From assembly GCA_046757025.1 (NCBI GenBank), contig JBHHXN010000006.1, positions 25,944 through 89,943 of the forward strand: DNA of 64,000 nucleotides. Direction: 5' to 3'. The notes under the pieces are model-generated. The model worked only from the letters and a program-made list of their open reading frames with translations. It did not search any database and was not told the origin of the DNA. Shown piece by piece: positions 28,371-39,624 of the stretch (position 1 is the first letter of the stretch; the number at the start of each line of letters is the position of its first letter). The position numbers and the translations under genes were made by a program. Origin of the DNA: a bacterium. GTDB lineage: Bacteria > Zhuqueibacterota > Zhuqueibacteria > Oceanimicrobiales > Oceanimicrobiaceae.

Positions 28371-29978
28371 ATGCTTTCAACCCCTTTGAACATACCGGAC
28401 GCGCTGCTTATCTTTATAGTCTTGGGTGTATTTTGTGGAATCACCGTCTGGTATTTATTGAAATTCTTAAAAATAAAAAACAGAATGAGGTACACAGCAG
28501 TTGGCTTGCTTACGCTCATTCTGTTTTTTTTTGTTTTATTCCATCCTTTAACTGAAAAGTTCGCGACAAAGGCTCCTCAAAGATTTGCTGTTTTCCCCTT
28601 TTTAAAAATTTCAAATGGTAAAAGCGTGTGGTCATGGGAAAGTCTGGCCTTGGCAGATTTACCAATCAGGATGCTGCAACCGTTGGAATCAGAAAAAAGA
28701 TTATTTTACGAACCGATGGCCATTGCGCATGCAGCCATACTCGACTCCCTGGAATTCCCTTTTTACGCGAAAGATTTTGCAGAACGTGTCAATCTCGACC
28801 TGGCGGTGTTCGGTCGTTTCCGTCAGCGTGGGACTGAATTAACGGTGGAATATCAAATCTACGATGTAAAACAACAAATAGAATGCTCTAATCGAAAAAC
28901 TATAATCGATGAAAACGGCCTTTTCAAATACGGCAGACGTTTGAGCGAAGATTTGCTCAAATTCATTGTGCAAGGGCCTAATTCAGTTTCTTATCAAATT
29001 GTGGAAACGAATTATTTGGCTGAGGCTAATTATTACAATTCTTTGTTGTACGAGCTAAATGGGCAGCTTGACAGGGCGTTACAATTGGCGCAGGAAGCGG
29101 TTAAAATGGATAGCTTGCCGGTTTATTTGAATCGCTACGCTGAATTGCTGCTGAACACGGCTGAGCGCCGAAAAAATTCTGGCGGGGAGCCGGTTGCCGA
29201 ATTTAAGAGGATTCGCGATGTACTGCAGCGATCACTGGCCATCGACGAAAACAACAGCAAAACCCTGCGCTTAAAGGGGGAGCTTTATCTGGCCAATGAA
29301 CGATGGAGCCAGGCTGAAACCGCGCTAAAACTCAGTCATCAGCATAACCCATTCGATGCACGAACTTACCTGGATTTCACGCGTTTGCATAAAACCCGAT
29401 ATGCCGGGCTTGGATATAAAAATGAAGGCGCCTTGCTCGAACGTGCAATTCACCTGGATCCGTATTTTACATTAGGCTATTTGAATCTGGCTAATTTTTA
29501 CACATCAAAAAATCGTCTGCATCTCGCTTTGCACACGCTGCAAAAACTTTTGAGAATCAATCCCATTTCCGTGGACGGCCTGATGGCCTTGGGGCAAGTG
29601 TATCTGTCCCAAAACGATTTATTAAATGTGTTAGAAACCTATCAAAAAGTGGTGGAATTAACGCCTGAAAACAGCGATGTTTATTACAACATCGGCATTG
29701 TGTATTATCATCAAAAAGACTACGAAAATGCCATTAAATATTTTAAATACGCCATTGAATTAGACGATCACCTTGATTCTCATTTATATCTTGCTTATAT
29801 TTATGAAATAAAGGGCGATTTCGACCGTGCGATTCCTTTGCTGCAATCACGAATCCGTAAACGCCGGGGAGAGGACGATACATTCGCTGAAGAAGCTCGA
29901 AAACACCTTTACAAAATCATGCAGGAACGCGGAGTCATCGATTCTCTGCAATCTGATCATAAACGTTCAATCCAATAG
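28371..29978 (+). CDS. Membrane-anchored TPR-repeat protein
   Basis: Two N-terminal TMs, FAVFPF (TolB-N-like) segment, several TPRs (e.g. VYYNIGIVYYHQKDYENAIKYFKYAIELD). Confidence 0.8.
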   Translation: MLSTPLNIPDALLIFIVLGVFCGITVWYLLKFLKIKNRMRYTAVGLLTLILFFFVLFHPLTEKFATKAPQRFAVFPFLKISNGKSVWSWESLALADLPIRMLQPLESEKRLFYEPMAIAHAAILDSLEFPFYAKDFAERVNLDLAVFGRFRQRGTELTVEYQIYDVKQQIECSNRKTIIDENGLFKYGRRLSEDLLKFIVQGPNSVSYQIVETNYLAEANYYNSLLYELNGQLDRALQLAQEAVKMDSLPVYLNRYAELLLNTAERRKNSGGEPVAEFKRIRDVLQRSLAIDENNSKTLRLKGELYLANERWSQAETALKLSHQHNPFDARTYLDFTRLHKTRYAGLGYKNEGALLERAIHLDPYFTLGYLNLANFYTSKNRLHLALHTLQKLLRINPISVDGLMALGQVYLSQNDLLNVLETYQKVVELTPENSDVYYNIGIVYYHQKDYENAIKYFKYAIELDDHLDSHLYLAYIYEIKGDFDRAIPLLQSRIRKRRGEDDTFAEEARKHLYKIMQERGVIDSLQSDHKRSIQ

Positions 29979-30839
29979 ATGTCTGACCATTGTAAACTGA
30001 ATTGTGGCGGGAAAGAGCTGAATTTAGGCAGCCGCACACACTTGATGGGCATCGTAAATTGTACGCCGGATTCCTTTTACTCAGCCAGCCGGCATACATC
30101 TGTCCGAAGTGCCGTGAAAGCCGGCGTAGAAATGGTTAAAGCCGGAGCGGATTTTCTCGATATCGGCGGAGAATCGACGCGGCCAGGAGCAAAAAAAGTT
30201 TCAGCAGAAGAGGAAATTCGAAGAGTGGTTCCCGTGATCAAAGAACTCAGTTCCGTGGTGGATGTACCTCTGTCTGTGGATACATATAAGTCAAAGGTGG
30301 CCCGACTGGTGCTTGAAGCGGGTGCGAGCATGATCAACGATATCAGTGCTTTGCAATTTGACCCGGAGATGGCAGCGGTAGCGGCGGAATTTGAAGTGCC
30401 GGTGGTGCTCATGCACATCAAAGGTACACCGCAAAATATGCAGAACCATCCTGAATATGAAAATGTCATCGATGAAATTGTTTCTTACTTCGAACGAAGA
30501 ATAGAATTTGCTTTAAGTCAAGGGATTAAATTTGAAAATATCATATTAGATCCGGGCATTGGCTTTGGGAAACGCTTGCAGGATAATTATCAAATACTCC
30601 GAGAATTGGCTGTTTTCAAAAAAATGTCGCGTCCGATTTTAGTGGGCATTTCTCGCAAATCATTTATCGGGCGGGTGCTTGGCAAGCCACCCGAAGAATC
30701 GCTTGCGGGTTCCATGGCGGCATCCACGCTGGCGATCTTGAATAGCGCTGACATTTTGCGTGTGCACGATGTCAAGCCAATGAAAGAAGTTGTCACTATC
30801 GCAGATCAATTTGTTCACAAAATGAATCATGTGAATTGA
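29979..30839 (+). CDS. folP: Dihydropteroate synthase
   Basis: MGIVNCTPDSF, DIGGESTRPG, INDIS, LDPGIGFGK, SRKSFIG, RVHDV. Confidence 0.97.
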   Translation: MSDHCKLNCGGKELNLGSRTHLMGIVNCTPDSFYSASRHTSVRSAVKAGVEMVKAGADFLDIGGESTRPGAKKVSAEEEIRRVVPVIKELSSVVDVPLSVDTYKSKVARLVLEAGASMINDISALQFDPEMAAVAAEFEVPVVLMHIKGTPQNMQNHPEYENVIDEIVSYFERRIEFALSQGIKFENIILDPGIGFGKRLQDNYQILRELAVFKKMSRPILVGISRKSFIGRVLGKPPEESLAGSMAASTLAILNSADILRVHDVKPMKEVVTIADQFVHKMNHVN

Positions 30840-30840
30840 T

Positions 30841-31644
30841 ATGAGCGGTCAGCTAACCATTTATAAAATCGGCTTTATCAAAATAACCGTCTTTGATCTT
30901 CTCGATATTTTTGTCATTTTTTACATTCTCTATAAATTGTACTGCTTTATGCGGGGCTCCCGCGCCGCGCAAATGTTAGTAGGACTGGTTTTAATCCTCA
31001 TCATTTCTTTGCTGGCGCGTTTGTTCAACATGAGCGGCATGAGCTGGATTTTTGATAATTTGAAAACCGTCTGGTTAATTGCCTTTGTGATTATTTTTCA
31101 GCCCGAGCTGCGACGCATGCTGATTTTTATCGGGCAGAGTCGAATTATCCGATATTTCATCAAAGTGTCCAGCAGCAAAACATTTGAGGAAGTGATCAAA
31201 GCTGCCGTTGAATTATCAAAGCGCCGGTATGGTGGCTTGATCGTGCTGACTCGCGACACCGGCATCAAATCCATCACGGAAACCGGCATAAAAATTCAGG
31301 CGGAAGTGTCGGCTCAGCTCATCGTCTCCCTGTTTAACACGCGCTCCCCGCTGCACGACGGAGCGATAATTATTCAAAACGACATCATCGAAGCGGCGAA
31401 ATGTATATTGCCGTTGAGCCAGGAGCAAAATATCGATCCGCACCTGGGAACCCGGCATCGCGCTGCTCTGGGCATGGCGGAAGAGTCGGACGCGGTCGTG
31501 CTGGTCGTCTCTGAAGAAACCGGTAACATTTCTGTGGCTTTGGATGGGCGATTAATTCCGGATTTAGAAGAAGACGCCGTGCGAAATGTCCTGGAAAATG
31601 CCTTTAAATATTCAGCGGAAAAATCTTCCGTAAAAATGGAATAA
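30841..31644 (+). CDS. cdaA: Diadenylate cyclase CdaA/DacA
   Basis: Three TMs, IIFQPELRR, SPLHDGA, LGTRHRAALG, VVSEETG. Confidence 0.95.
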   Translation: MSGQLTIYKIGFIKITVFDLLDIFVIFYILYKLYCFMRGSRAAQMLVGLVLILIISLLARLFNMSGMSWIFDNLKTVWLIAFVIIFQPELRRMLIFIGQSRIIRYFIKVSSSKTFEEVIKAAVELSKRRYGGLIVLTRDTGIKSITETGIKIQAEVSAQLIVSLFNTRSPLHDGAIIIQNDIIEAAKCILPLSQEQNIDPHLGTRHRAALGMAEESDAVVLVVSEETGNISVALDGRLIPDLEEDAVRNVLENAFKYSAEKSSVKME

Positions 31645-31726
31645 AGTTATTCACTGCAGTGAGGCCATTTACGCCATTCAAATATTCCAATTCCCAATCA
31701 CCGTTTTTAGCATTCAAATCATTTAG

Positions 31727-32860
31727 ATGAAAAATTTCGAACTTAGTTTGATTAATATAGCGATTTGTAAACGATTACTTGTAATTGCCATTGTACTGAG
31801 CACTATTTTGTTCAAATATTCGCTGGCCAGAGCGCACGATCTCAATTCCAGCTACACGAGCATTGAAATTCAGGATAAGGCGCTAAAATGTCGGTTGATT
31901 TTTGATAAAACCGATCTGGAAAAGTTGTTCGATTTGGATGAGAATGGCGACGAGATTGTGACTAACGATGAATTGCTGATAAATGTGGCTGAATGCTACC
32001 AGTTTTTTGAAAACAAAATTTCCATCGTCATCGCGGGTAAAAAATTGTTCTTAGCAAGAGGAGACGGCTCCATTGTAGAAGATGGGCAGGGAAATATTTT
32101 TATGCAGCTTGATTTTACTAGTGAGCTGAAATTTCAACCGTGGAAAATAACTTTGATTTTGGATTTTCTCGAGGAGTTTGGATTTCAGCACAAAAATTTG
32201 ATCAAAGTGGTGCATCATTCGGAAATTCAGCAAGCGGTGTTAACCAGCGGTTATAATAAAGAAACATTTGGTTTTGAGGGTCGCGATGTAAGGCTAAGCC
32301 AACAGGTCAAACAATTTGTTTGGCTGGGGATGGAACATATTTTTATCGGCTACGATCATATTTTGTTTCTATTGGGTTTAATTGTCATCGGAGGGAGTTT
32401 CAAAAATCTCATTAAAATTGTCTCGTCGTTTACCGTTGCTCACAGCATCACCCTGGCGCTTGCGGCTTTGCAAATTGTTCAAATTCCGGGCAAAGTAGTG
32501 GAATCGGTCATCGCGTTGAGTATTGTGTACATTGCCGCGGAGAATTTTCTGATCAAAAACAGCGATCAGCGCTGGTTAATCACGTTTATTTTCGGACTCA
32601 TGCACGGCTTCGGATTCGCCGGCGTGTTGACGGAGCTGGGACTTCCCACCAGCGGACTGGTGGTGTCGCTCTTTTCATTCAATCTGGGCGTGGAATTCGG
32701 TCAAATCATGATCGTTTCTCTCACATTTCCTGTCATTGTTTTTTTTACCCGCACTCGGTGGCAAAAGCAGATCGTATTCGGGCTTTCTTCAATTATTCTG
32801 ATTTTTGGATTGATCTGGTTTATCGAGCGCGTGTTTGAGTTCAATATTCCGCTCGTTTAA
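31727..32860 (+). CDS. HupE/UreJ family membrane protein with periplasmic N-terminal domain
   Basis: Signal peptide ending ARA-H; GMEHIFIGYDHILFL, FTVAHSITL, FGLMHGFGFA, FNLGVE. Confidence 0.9.
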   Translation: MKNFELSLINIAICKRLLVIAIVLSTILFKYSLARAHDLNSSYTSIEIQDKALKCRLIFDKTDLEKLFDLDENGDEIVTNDELLINVAECYQFFENKISIVIAGKKLFLARGDGSIVEDGQGNIFMQLDFTSELKFQPWKITLILDFLEEFGFQHKNLIKVVHHSEIQQAVLTSGYNKETFGFEGRDVRLSQQVKQFVWLGMEHIFIGYDHILFLLGLIVIGGSFKNLIKIVSSFTVAHSITLALAALQIVQIPGKVVESVIALSIVYIAAENFLIKNSDQRWLITFIFGLMHGFGFAGVLTELGLPTSGLVVSLFSFNLGVEFGQIMIVSLTFPVIVFFTRTRWQKQIVFGLSSIILIFGLIWFIERVFEFNIPLV

Positions 32861-32923
32861 TCGGAATTCTTTGAAGACCAAAAGGGGTACTTAAAATATC
32901 CACCAGTTTTCCGACTTATTTTT

Positions 32924-33484
32924 TCACTTTTTCCAAAAGATATCTGTCACATCGTTTACATGATTTTCATAGCGGGCAAATACGAACAATGCATCGGAAA
33001 GGCGATTCAGATAGGACAAAATCAGCGGGTTGATTTTTTCTGATTTGGATAACGTGACGGTGTAGCGTTCCGCGCGCCGGCAGATGCAGCGTGCCTGATG
33101 CAGAACCGCGGCACACTGAGTGCCGCCGGGGAGAATGAAGTCCTGTAAAGGCGGTAACTGGTGGTTGAATTTGTCGATGAGTTTTTCGAGAAAGGACTCG
33201 TGATCTGCGGTAACGCCCTCCACCGCGATTTTCTTTTTGTCTTCATCCAGCACGCATAAGTCGCCGCCCAGTGTGAACAACTGATTCTGAATGGTTCTAA
33301 GGGCCTGATGGATTTCAGAGCACGGATGGAACGTCATGGCCAGTCCGATGACAGAATTGAGTTCATCCACGGTGCCGTAGGCCTGAATGCGTGTGGCGTC
33401 TTTTGCGATTTTTTGTCCACCACCCAGGCGCGTTTCGCCGTCATCGCCCTGCTTAGTATAAACTTTCGTTATTCGGTATTTCAT
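32924..33484 (-). CDS. ATP:cob(I)alamin adenosyltransferase, PduO type
   Basis: KVYTKQGDDGET, AYGTVDELNS, FILPGG, ARCICRRAER, YLNRLSDALF. Confidence 0.93.
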   Translation of the reverse strand: MKYRITKVYTKQGDDGETRLGGGQKIAKDATRIQAYGTVDELNSVIGLAMTFHPCSEIHQALRTIQNQLFTLGGDLCVLDEDKKKIAVEGVTADHESFLEKLIDKFNHQLPPLQDFILPGGTQCAAVLHQARCICRRAERYTVTLSKSEKINPLILSYLNRLSDALFVFARYENHVNDVTDIFWKK

Positions 33485-33487
33485 GTT

Positions 33488-33687
33488 TTACTCCACCAGA
33501 TTGGGTTTGATATCGCCGTAACCGACCGTCACGTTGTCGAGCGTGAAGAAATACGGTTCGCTCCAGCCGCGTTCGTGGCAGGCATGGTACTGGATTTGAA
33601 AATTACTTTCCTTGAGAAATAACTCGCACAGTGCTTGAATCGACCGGAGATTTCTTTTGGAAGCATTTATGTTTACATCATTCTTCC
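33488..33687 (-). pseudogene. Possible truncated gene remnant resembling the N-terminus of a GNAT acetyltransferase
   Basis: Open frame ...IQALCELFLKESNFQIQYHACHERGWSEPYFFTLDNVTVGYGDIKPNLVE* with no in-frame ATG. Family resemblance is from recall only. Confidence 0.35.
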
Positions 33688-33792
33688 TTTTTCAAAATAC
33701 CGCATAACCGCTATCTCATTTTGAAATTGAAGTTAGAACTATTAAACTCGTAACTTAAATCGTTTTTTCTAAAGGTAGCATAAAGCTATTTA

Positions 33793-33911
33793 GTGTCCAT
33801 CCGTAAAGAGCTTTTTTTGTCATTCCCGCATCTTTAAGCGGGAATCCATTGGTGAGTTATGCACGAGATTCCCGATAACGGCACTCGGGAATGACGATTA
33901 CGGATGGACAC
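33793..33911. mobile_element. MITE (family A), copy 1, 119 bp
   Basis: TIR GTGTCCATCCGTAA...TTACGGATGGACAC flanked by TATTTA on both sides. Internal GTCATTCCCGC/GGGAATCC...GATTCCCG/GGGAATGAC palindromes. Second copy at 62008-62154. Confidence 0.8.
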
Positions 33912-34105
33912 TATTTAATGCCCGCAAAGTTGGAGATAAAATAGGGTTCATCCGGATAATGTGTACTTTCGTCTCTTTTGTTGCGATAAGATATGCTCTA
34001 TTACGGACAGAATAAAGGCGACCTCCGAAAGTATTCGTTTTGGCGTCAACCTAAAATTAATGACCAATTTCAGCCATGTGTTTACCGAAAACCAAGCACC
34101 TTCTG

Positions 34106-34223
34106 GTTCCAAAATTTCTATTTTGGAACGCAAGTATGGAGAAACCCAATTTCGGAAGACTCCTTTAATAGCAGAAACAAAGTTTCTTGAGAAAGTTTGT
34201 TCCCAAACTGGAGTTTGGGAACA
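34106..34223. repeat. REP-like palindromic doublet
   Basis: Hairpins GTTCCAAAAT-TTCT-ATTTTGGAAC and GTTCCCAAAC-TGGA-GTTTGGGAAC, with GAAAC...TTTC spacers. Confidence 0.6.
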
Positions 34224-34512
34224 AGGATTTTTTCTTAGGTTGACGCGAATTCGAAAGTATCCGGGACTCGCAGAGAAACGACCGGCCTTGATTTGGGTCT
34301 TCACTTTGCATGCCGTTCGTCAATACAAAAGAAAGAGAAAGAATCAAAAAACCATTTCATGTTTTTTGAGCAGTCTTTACACAGCGCGTCAAAAGTACGC
34401 ATTTTTCGGATGAGAATAAAATAGCATGAATATAAACTGAAATCAAGCAAAATGTCTTGACATTTAGTTGTGGACGTATTATTTTAAAAACTGCGAAACA
34501 GGAGAGGAGAGC

Positions 34513-35817
34513 ATGGTTAAAACGATTTTTTTCATTATTTTATTTTCGGCGTGTGTGGGTAAACGAGTCCGGGCTGAGGATACCGAAATCGAGAGACCTA
34601 AAATCGATCACCACCAAATTCAGCGCGACCGCATCAATAAACTTCTTCCGCAAATCATGCAAGAGCAAAATGTGGAAATGTGGCTGGTGTTCACGCGTGA
34701 AAACTCCGAAGATCCCATCCTGCCCATCATAGGCATCAAACACATCGTGGCCCGCGGCGCGTTTATTTTTTCATTCAAAAATGGCAAGTACAAAAAAGTG
34801 GCCATCGCAGCCAGCTACGACGTCTCAGCCATTAAGGCGACGGGTTTATTTGATGAGGTGGTTTCCTACAAAACCGAAGGCGTTAAACCGCATTTGAAAT
34901 CATGGCTCGAAAAGCTCGATCCCAAAAATATCGCTATCAACTTTTCCAGAGACGTCACCATCGCCGACGGCTTAACCCTGGGCATGAAAAAATATCTGGA
35001 AGAAGCCCTGGGCTCGGCGATTTCAAAGAAATTTATTTCTGCCGAAAGGTTAATCGTGTCACTCATCGGCAAAAAGCTGCCCATGGAAATTGCCGCCTTG
35101 AAGACGGCGGTACTGGCGACCCAGAAAATCATCTCAGAGGCCCTGACTGCCGAGCAAATTGAAATCGGTGTGACCACGGAAAATGACCTCGGTGCGTTTA
35201 TGACAACAAGAACCGAAGAGCTGGGAATGTCGGTGGCGTTCATGAGCATTGTGGTGGGTCCCACCAGAGGCCATTCCGAGCCCACGGATCGCGCCATCGA
35301 GGCCGGCGATTTGCTCCGAATCGACTTCGGCGTGCGCTATGAAGGCTACGCAGCCGATATCCAGCGCACGGCGTATGTTCTCAAACCGGACGAAGAGCAG
35401 GCGCCTGCGGAGATTGTGAAAATGTGGCAGGTGGCGCTGCAAGCCAATCAGGCCTGTGTGCGGGCGATCCGGCCCGGAGTGACCGGCAACGATATCGATA
35501 AAATCGGACGTCAGACTTTAGTAGCCGCTGGCTACAAAGGCTACCCGCACGGCGCCGGACATGCCATCGGATTGAAAGTGCACGACGTAGGCGCCATCCT
35601 GGGTCCCGATTGGAAAGAACGCTACGGCAACACGGTATTTTTCCCACTGGAAATCGACCAGGTTTATGCAGTGGAACCGCTTTTGTACGCTCCGGATCCC
35701 CGCAATGGCCAGGAAATCAACATCGGCCTGGAGGAAGATGTTCTGGTGACGGCCAAAGGCGCAGAATACATCGGGCAGCCCCAGACGGAACTCATTGTGA
35801 TCGATTGTGGCTGCTGA
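34513..35817 (+). CDS. Secreted M24 family (Xaa-Pro) metallopeptidase
   Basis: Signal peptide; HSEP, RIDFG, ADIQRT, HGAGHAIGLKVHD, AVEP, GLEED metal-ligand motifs. Confidence 0.9.
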   Translation: MVKTIFFIILFSACVGKRVRAEDTEIERPKIDHHQIQRDRINKLLPQIMQEQNVEMWLVFTRENSEDPILPIIGIKHIVARGAFIFSFKNGKYKKVAIAASYDVSAIKATGLFDEVVSYKTEGVKPHLKSWLEKLDPKNIAINFSRDVTIADGLTLGMKKYLEEALGSAISKKFISAERLIVSLIGKKLPMEIAALKTAVLATQKIISEALTAEQIEIGVTTENDLGAFMTTRTEELGMSVAFMSIVVGPTRGHSEPTDRAIEAGDLLRIDFGVRYEGYAADIQRTAYVLKPDEEQAPAEIVKMWQVALQANQACVRAIRPGVTGNDIDKIGRQTLVAAGYKGYPHGAGHAIGLKVHDVGAILGPDWKERYGNTVFFPLEIDQVYAVEPLLYAPDPRNGQEINIGLEEDVLVTAKGAEYIGQPQTELIVIDCGC

Positions 35818-35909
35818 TTCCTTGTTGTACATTTAAAAAACTGTATTCTCTCTCCATTTTTATCTGCTGTTATTTACTGATATTGGCTTATTTCACAATT
35901 AGCTGAAAG

Positions 35910-37364
35910 TTGATGAAAACTTTTCATAAGCAATTAATCATCGCGTTAATATTTTTTGTGATCGTATTCGGAACTTCGGTTTTTTTTTCGTATCGGGGAT
36001 TGCACGCAGTATTGGACAATTTTGCTGAACAGACCGCCAAATTGGTCGTACCGCATCTAAAATCTACTCTCAAAAGCGGCATGAGTAAATTAACAGCTAA
36101 AAACACTTTTACCAGAGCACAAGAAAATCGAATACGACAGCAGCTCATCCAGGAAACCACACAGCATCAAATAATCGAAGATTTGTATTTAATCGATGGA
36201 AAAGGCCAAATCCTTTTTTCTTTAATACCGACAAGCGAAGGCAATCCTTACTCAGAAATTGAAATATTAAAGAACGGCATTCTAAAGAATCGTCAGGAAT
36301 TCGAAATGCAAAGACTCGGTGGCGCCGGCGAATTTGATATCATCTGGTTAAGTGACAGCAAACGAAAAATATATAGCGTACTCCGGTTAAATGCCAAAGC
36401 GGGTAAGCTCAAGCCGGTTCTGCACAACCTGCAAATCACATTTTATTTCATCGGATTCGGAGGCATCGTAGCGGTCATCGTTTTCTCTCTCATTTACAGT
36501 CGCACTTTGAACTCGCCCATCAAGCAAGTGGAAAAAGCCATGAGCATGATCGATAAGCGTAAATACGGCTTTCGAATCAAGTGGAAGGAGGGAGATGAAT
36601 ACGCGCCAACTTTTAAAAGGGTCAATGCGGCTTTACAGCGTTTGGAACAGTTGGATGTGGCGCAGAGAAAAGCTGCACACAGCCATCAAACCATTCGAAA
36701 TGAGCTGCGCACGTTTTCGCGTTTCCTCGATATCATGTCGCACGAGATAAAAAATCCGCTGCACGCTCTGGGCATCAATATCGACCTTCTCAAATCCAAG
36801 ATCAAAAAAAATCAGTCCAAAGAAACCATGCTGAAGAACGCGGAAATTCTTGAAAACGAAATCGAGCACATGGAGGAAGTAATTCAGGGCTTTCTCAGCT
36901 ATGTGCGGCCGGGCAAACCCAAAAGAGAGCGCGTGCCAATTAACAAAATTATCAAAGACACCTGCCAGGGGGTGTCAGCCGAAGCTGAAAAATCGAAGAT
37001 CCGCATCGAATCGCGTTTGAGCCGAAGTGTGCAGCATGTCCTGATCGATAAAGGACATCTGCAGCAAGCCCTGCTGAATATCATCATCAACGCCATCCAT
37101 GCTACTCGTGCCGGTGGCAAGATCAACGTTCGTTCCTGGACGAAAAAGAAAAAGATCTTTGTTTCCGTAAAAGATACCGGAGCTGGTATTTCTAAAGAGC
37201 AGCTAAAAAAAATATTTGACCTTTATTATACCACCAAAAAAAATGGCTCGGGACTGGGTTTACCGGTCACCAAACGATTGATCGAAGCCAATGGTGGACA
37301 AATGCAATTGGAAAGCAAATTGGAGAAAGGCACCCAAGTAACGTTCTCGTTCCCAGCAGCCTAA
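35910..37364 (+). CDS. Membrane sensor histidine kinase (HAMP-HisKA-HATPase)
   Basis: Two TMs, SHEIKNPL H-box, NIIINA, DTGAGI, YTTK..GSGLGL. Confidence 0.93.
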   Translation: MMKTFHKQLIIALIFFVIVFGTSVFFSYRGLHAVLDNFAEQTAKLVVPHLKSTLKSGMSKLTAKNTFTRAQENRIRQQLIQETTQHQIIEDLYLIDGKGQILFSLIPTSEGNPYSEIEILKNGILKNRQEFEMQRLGGAGEFDIIWLSDSKRKIYSVLRLNAKAGKLKPVLHNLQITFYFIGFGGIVAVIVFSLIYSRTLNSPIKQVEKAMSMIDKRKYGFRIKWKEGDEYAPTFKRVNAALQRLEQLDVAQRKAAHSHQTIRNELRTFSRFLDIMSHEIKNPLHALGINIDLLKSKIKKNQSKETMLKNAEILENEIEHMEEVIQGFLSYVRPGKPKRERVPINKIIKDTCQGVSAEAEKSKIRIESRLSRSVQHVLIDKGHLQQALLNIIINAIHATRAGGKINVRSWTKKKKIFVSVKDTGAGISKEQLKKIFDLYYTTKKNGSGLGLPVTKRLIEANGGQMQLESKLEKGTQVTFSFPAA

Positions 37365-37381
37365 ACAGGTAAGTTGAAAAA

Positions 37382-38764
<1,383 letters not shown>

Positions 38765-38899
38765 ATTTCGCACGATCAATTGACTTTTGAATCGGAACCC
38801 GCCAATTGCGCCTGCAGGTTAAATCGACCGGTGTCGGAGCGGTAATTTCATGCTCTGCAAAATTCAATCGGTTTGATTTTTTATTCACAAAAAGTGCCG

Positions 38900-39046
38900 T
38901 GTAATTATTACATGCGATTCACGCCTGTTTTTGTCCTCGCATGCCGCATTGTTTAATTCAGCTATGGATGAATGTGTCATAACACACAATAAATTAACAA
39001 CTTAGACCATACAAGTACCATTGTAATTATTTGGCATTCTCTTTGC
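38900..39046 (+). promoter_or_regulatory. Sigma54 (-24/-12) promoter with candidate UAS and IHF site
   Basis: TGGCATTCTCTTTGC at 39032-39046 (GG-N10-GC). Palindrome TGTAA-TTA-TTACA at 38900-38912. AATTAACAACTTA at 38992-39004 is one mismatch from the IHF consensus WATCAANNNNTTR. Confidence 0.7.
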
Positions 39047-39225
39047 CATAACAAAAGAATACGTTTGTCAAAGAAGAACGCTTATTTTGTGGTTCCCATC
39101 ACACGGAAAATTTATTATCAAAACTTAATAATATTATCTTGCTTAAATTGAGAAATTGCAAGTAACACTATTTATAAAACTGGAAGCAACTATGTGTGCG
39201 ACCGTTGGTCAGGAGGGAAAAGAAG

Positions 39226-39582
39226 TTGGCAGTAAATGTTTTAGTAATTGATGATCAAAAAAACATCGCAAATATGATGAAAGAGTATTTGCAAGAGCAT
39301 GGCATGAGCTCGGATGTGGCATTTAATGGCCGCTCGGCCATTGAAATGTTGCAGGTAAAAAAGTACCAGGTTTTGCTTACCGATTACAAACTACCCGACC
39401 TGGATGGGGAGCAGGTGATGGCGAAGTGTAAAAAAATACAGCCGGATCTAAAGGTCATTATTATCACGGCACACCGGGAAATCATTTCCCGCCTACGAAG
39501 CAAAATAGGGCGAACCTTTCAAGTGATCGAAAAACCCTGCCGGGCCAAAACGATTTTAGCCGCTATTCAGAAAATGTTGTAA
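39226..39582 (+). CDS. Single-domain response regulator (receiver only)
   Basis: VLVIDD, LTDYKLPDLDG, IITAH, EKP. AGGAGG precedes the TTG start. Confidence 0.88.
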   Translation: MAVNVLVIDDQKNIANMMKEYLQEHGMSSDVAFNGRSAIEMLQVKKYQVLLTDYKLPDLDGEQVMAKCKKIQPDLKVIIITAHREIISRLRSKIGRTFQVIEKPCRAKTILAAIQKML

Positions 39583-39624
39583 TTGAGATATTCAGAGGTA
39601 TTCATCAAATAAGGGATTTTTGAT

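Noticed and set aside
33948..34413. Overlapping 118-aa and 150-aa ORFs
   Set aside because: They span REP-like palindromes, lack SD and motifs, and are probably spurious.
35800..35906. Second selenoprotein candidate at the M24 peptidase CGC-TGA end
   Set aside because: The M24 domain is already complete, and the downstream sequence is AT-rich with no SECIS-like hairpin.
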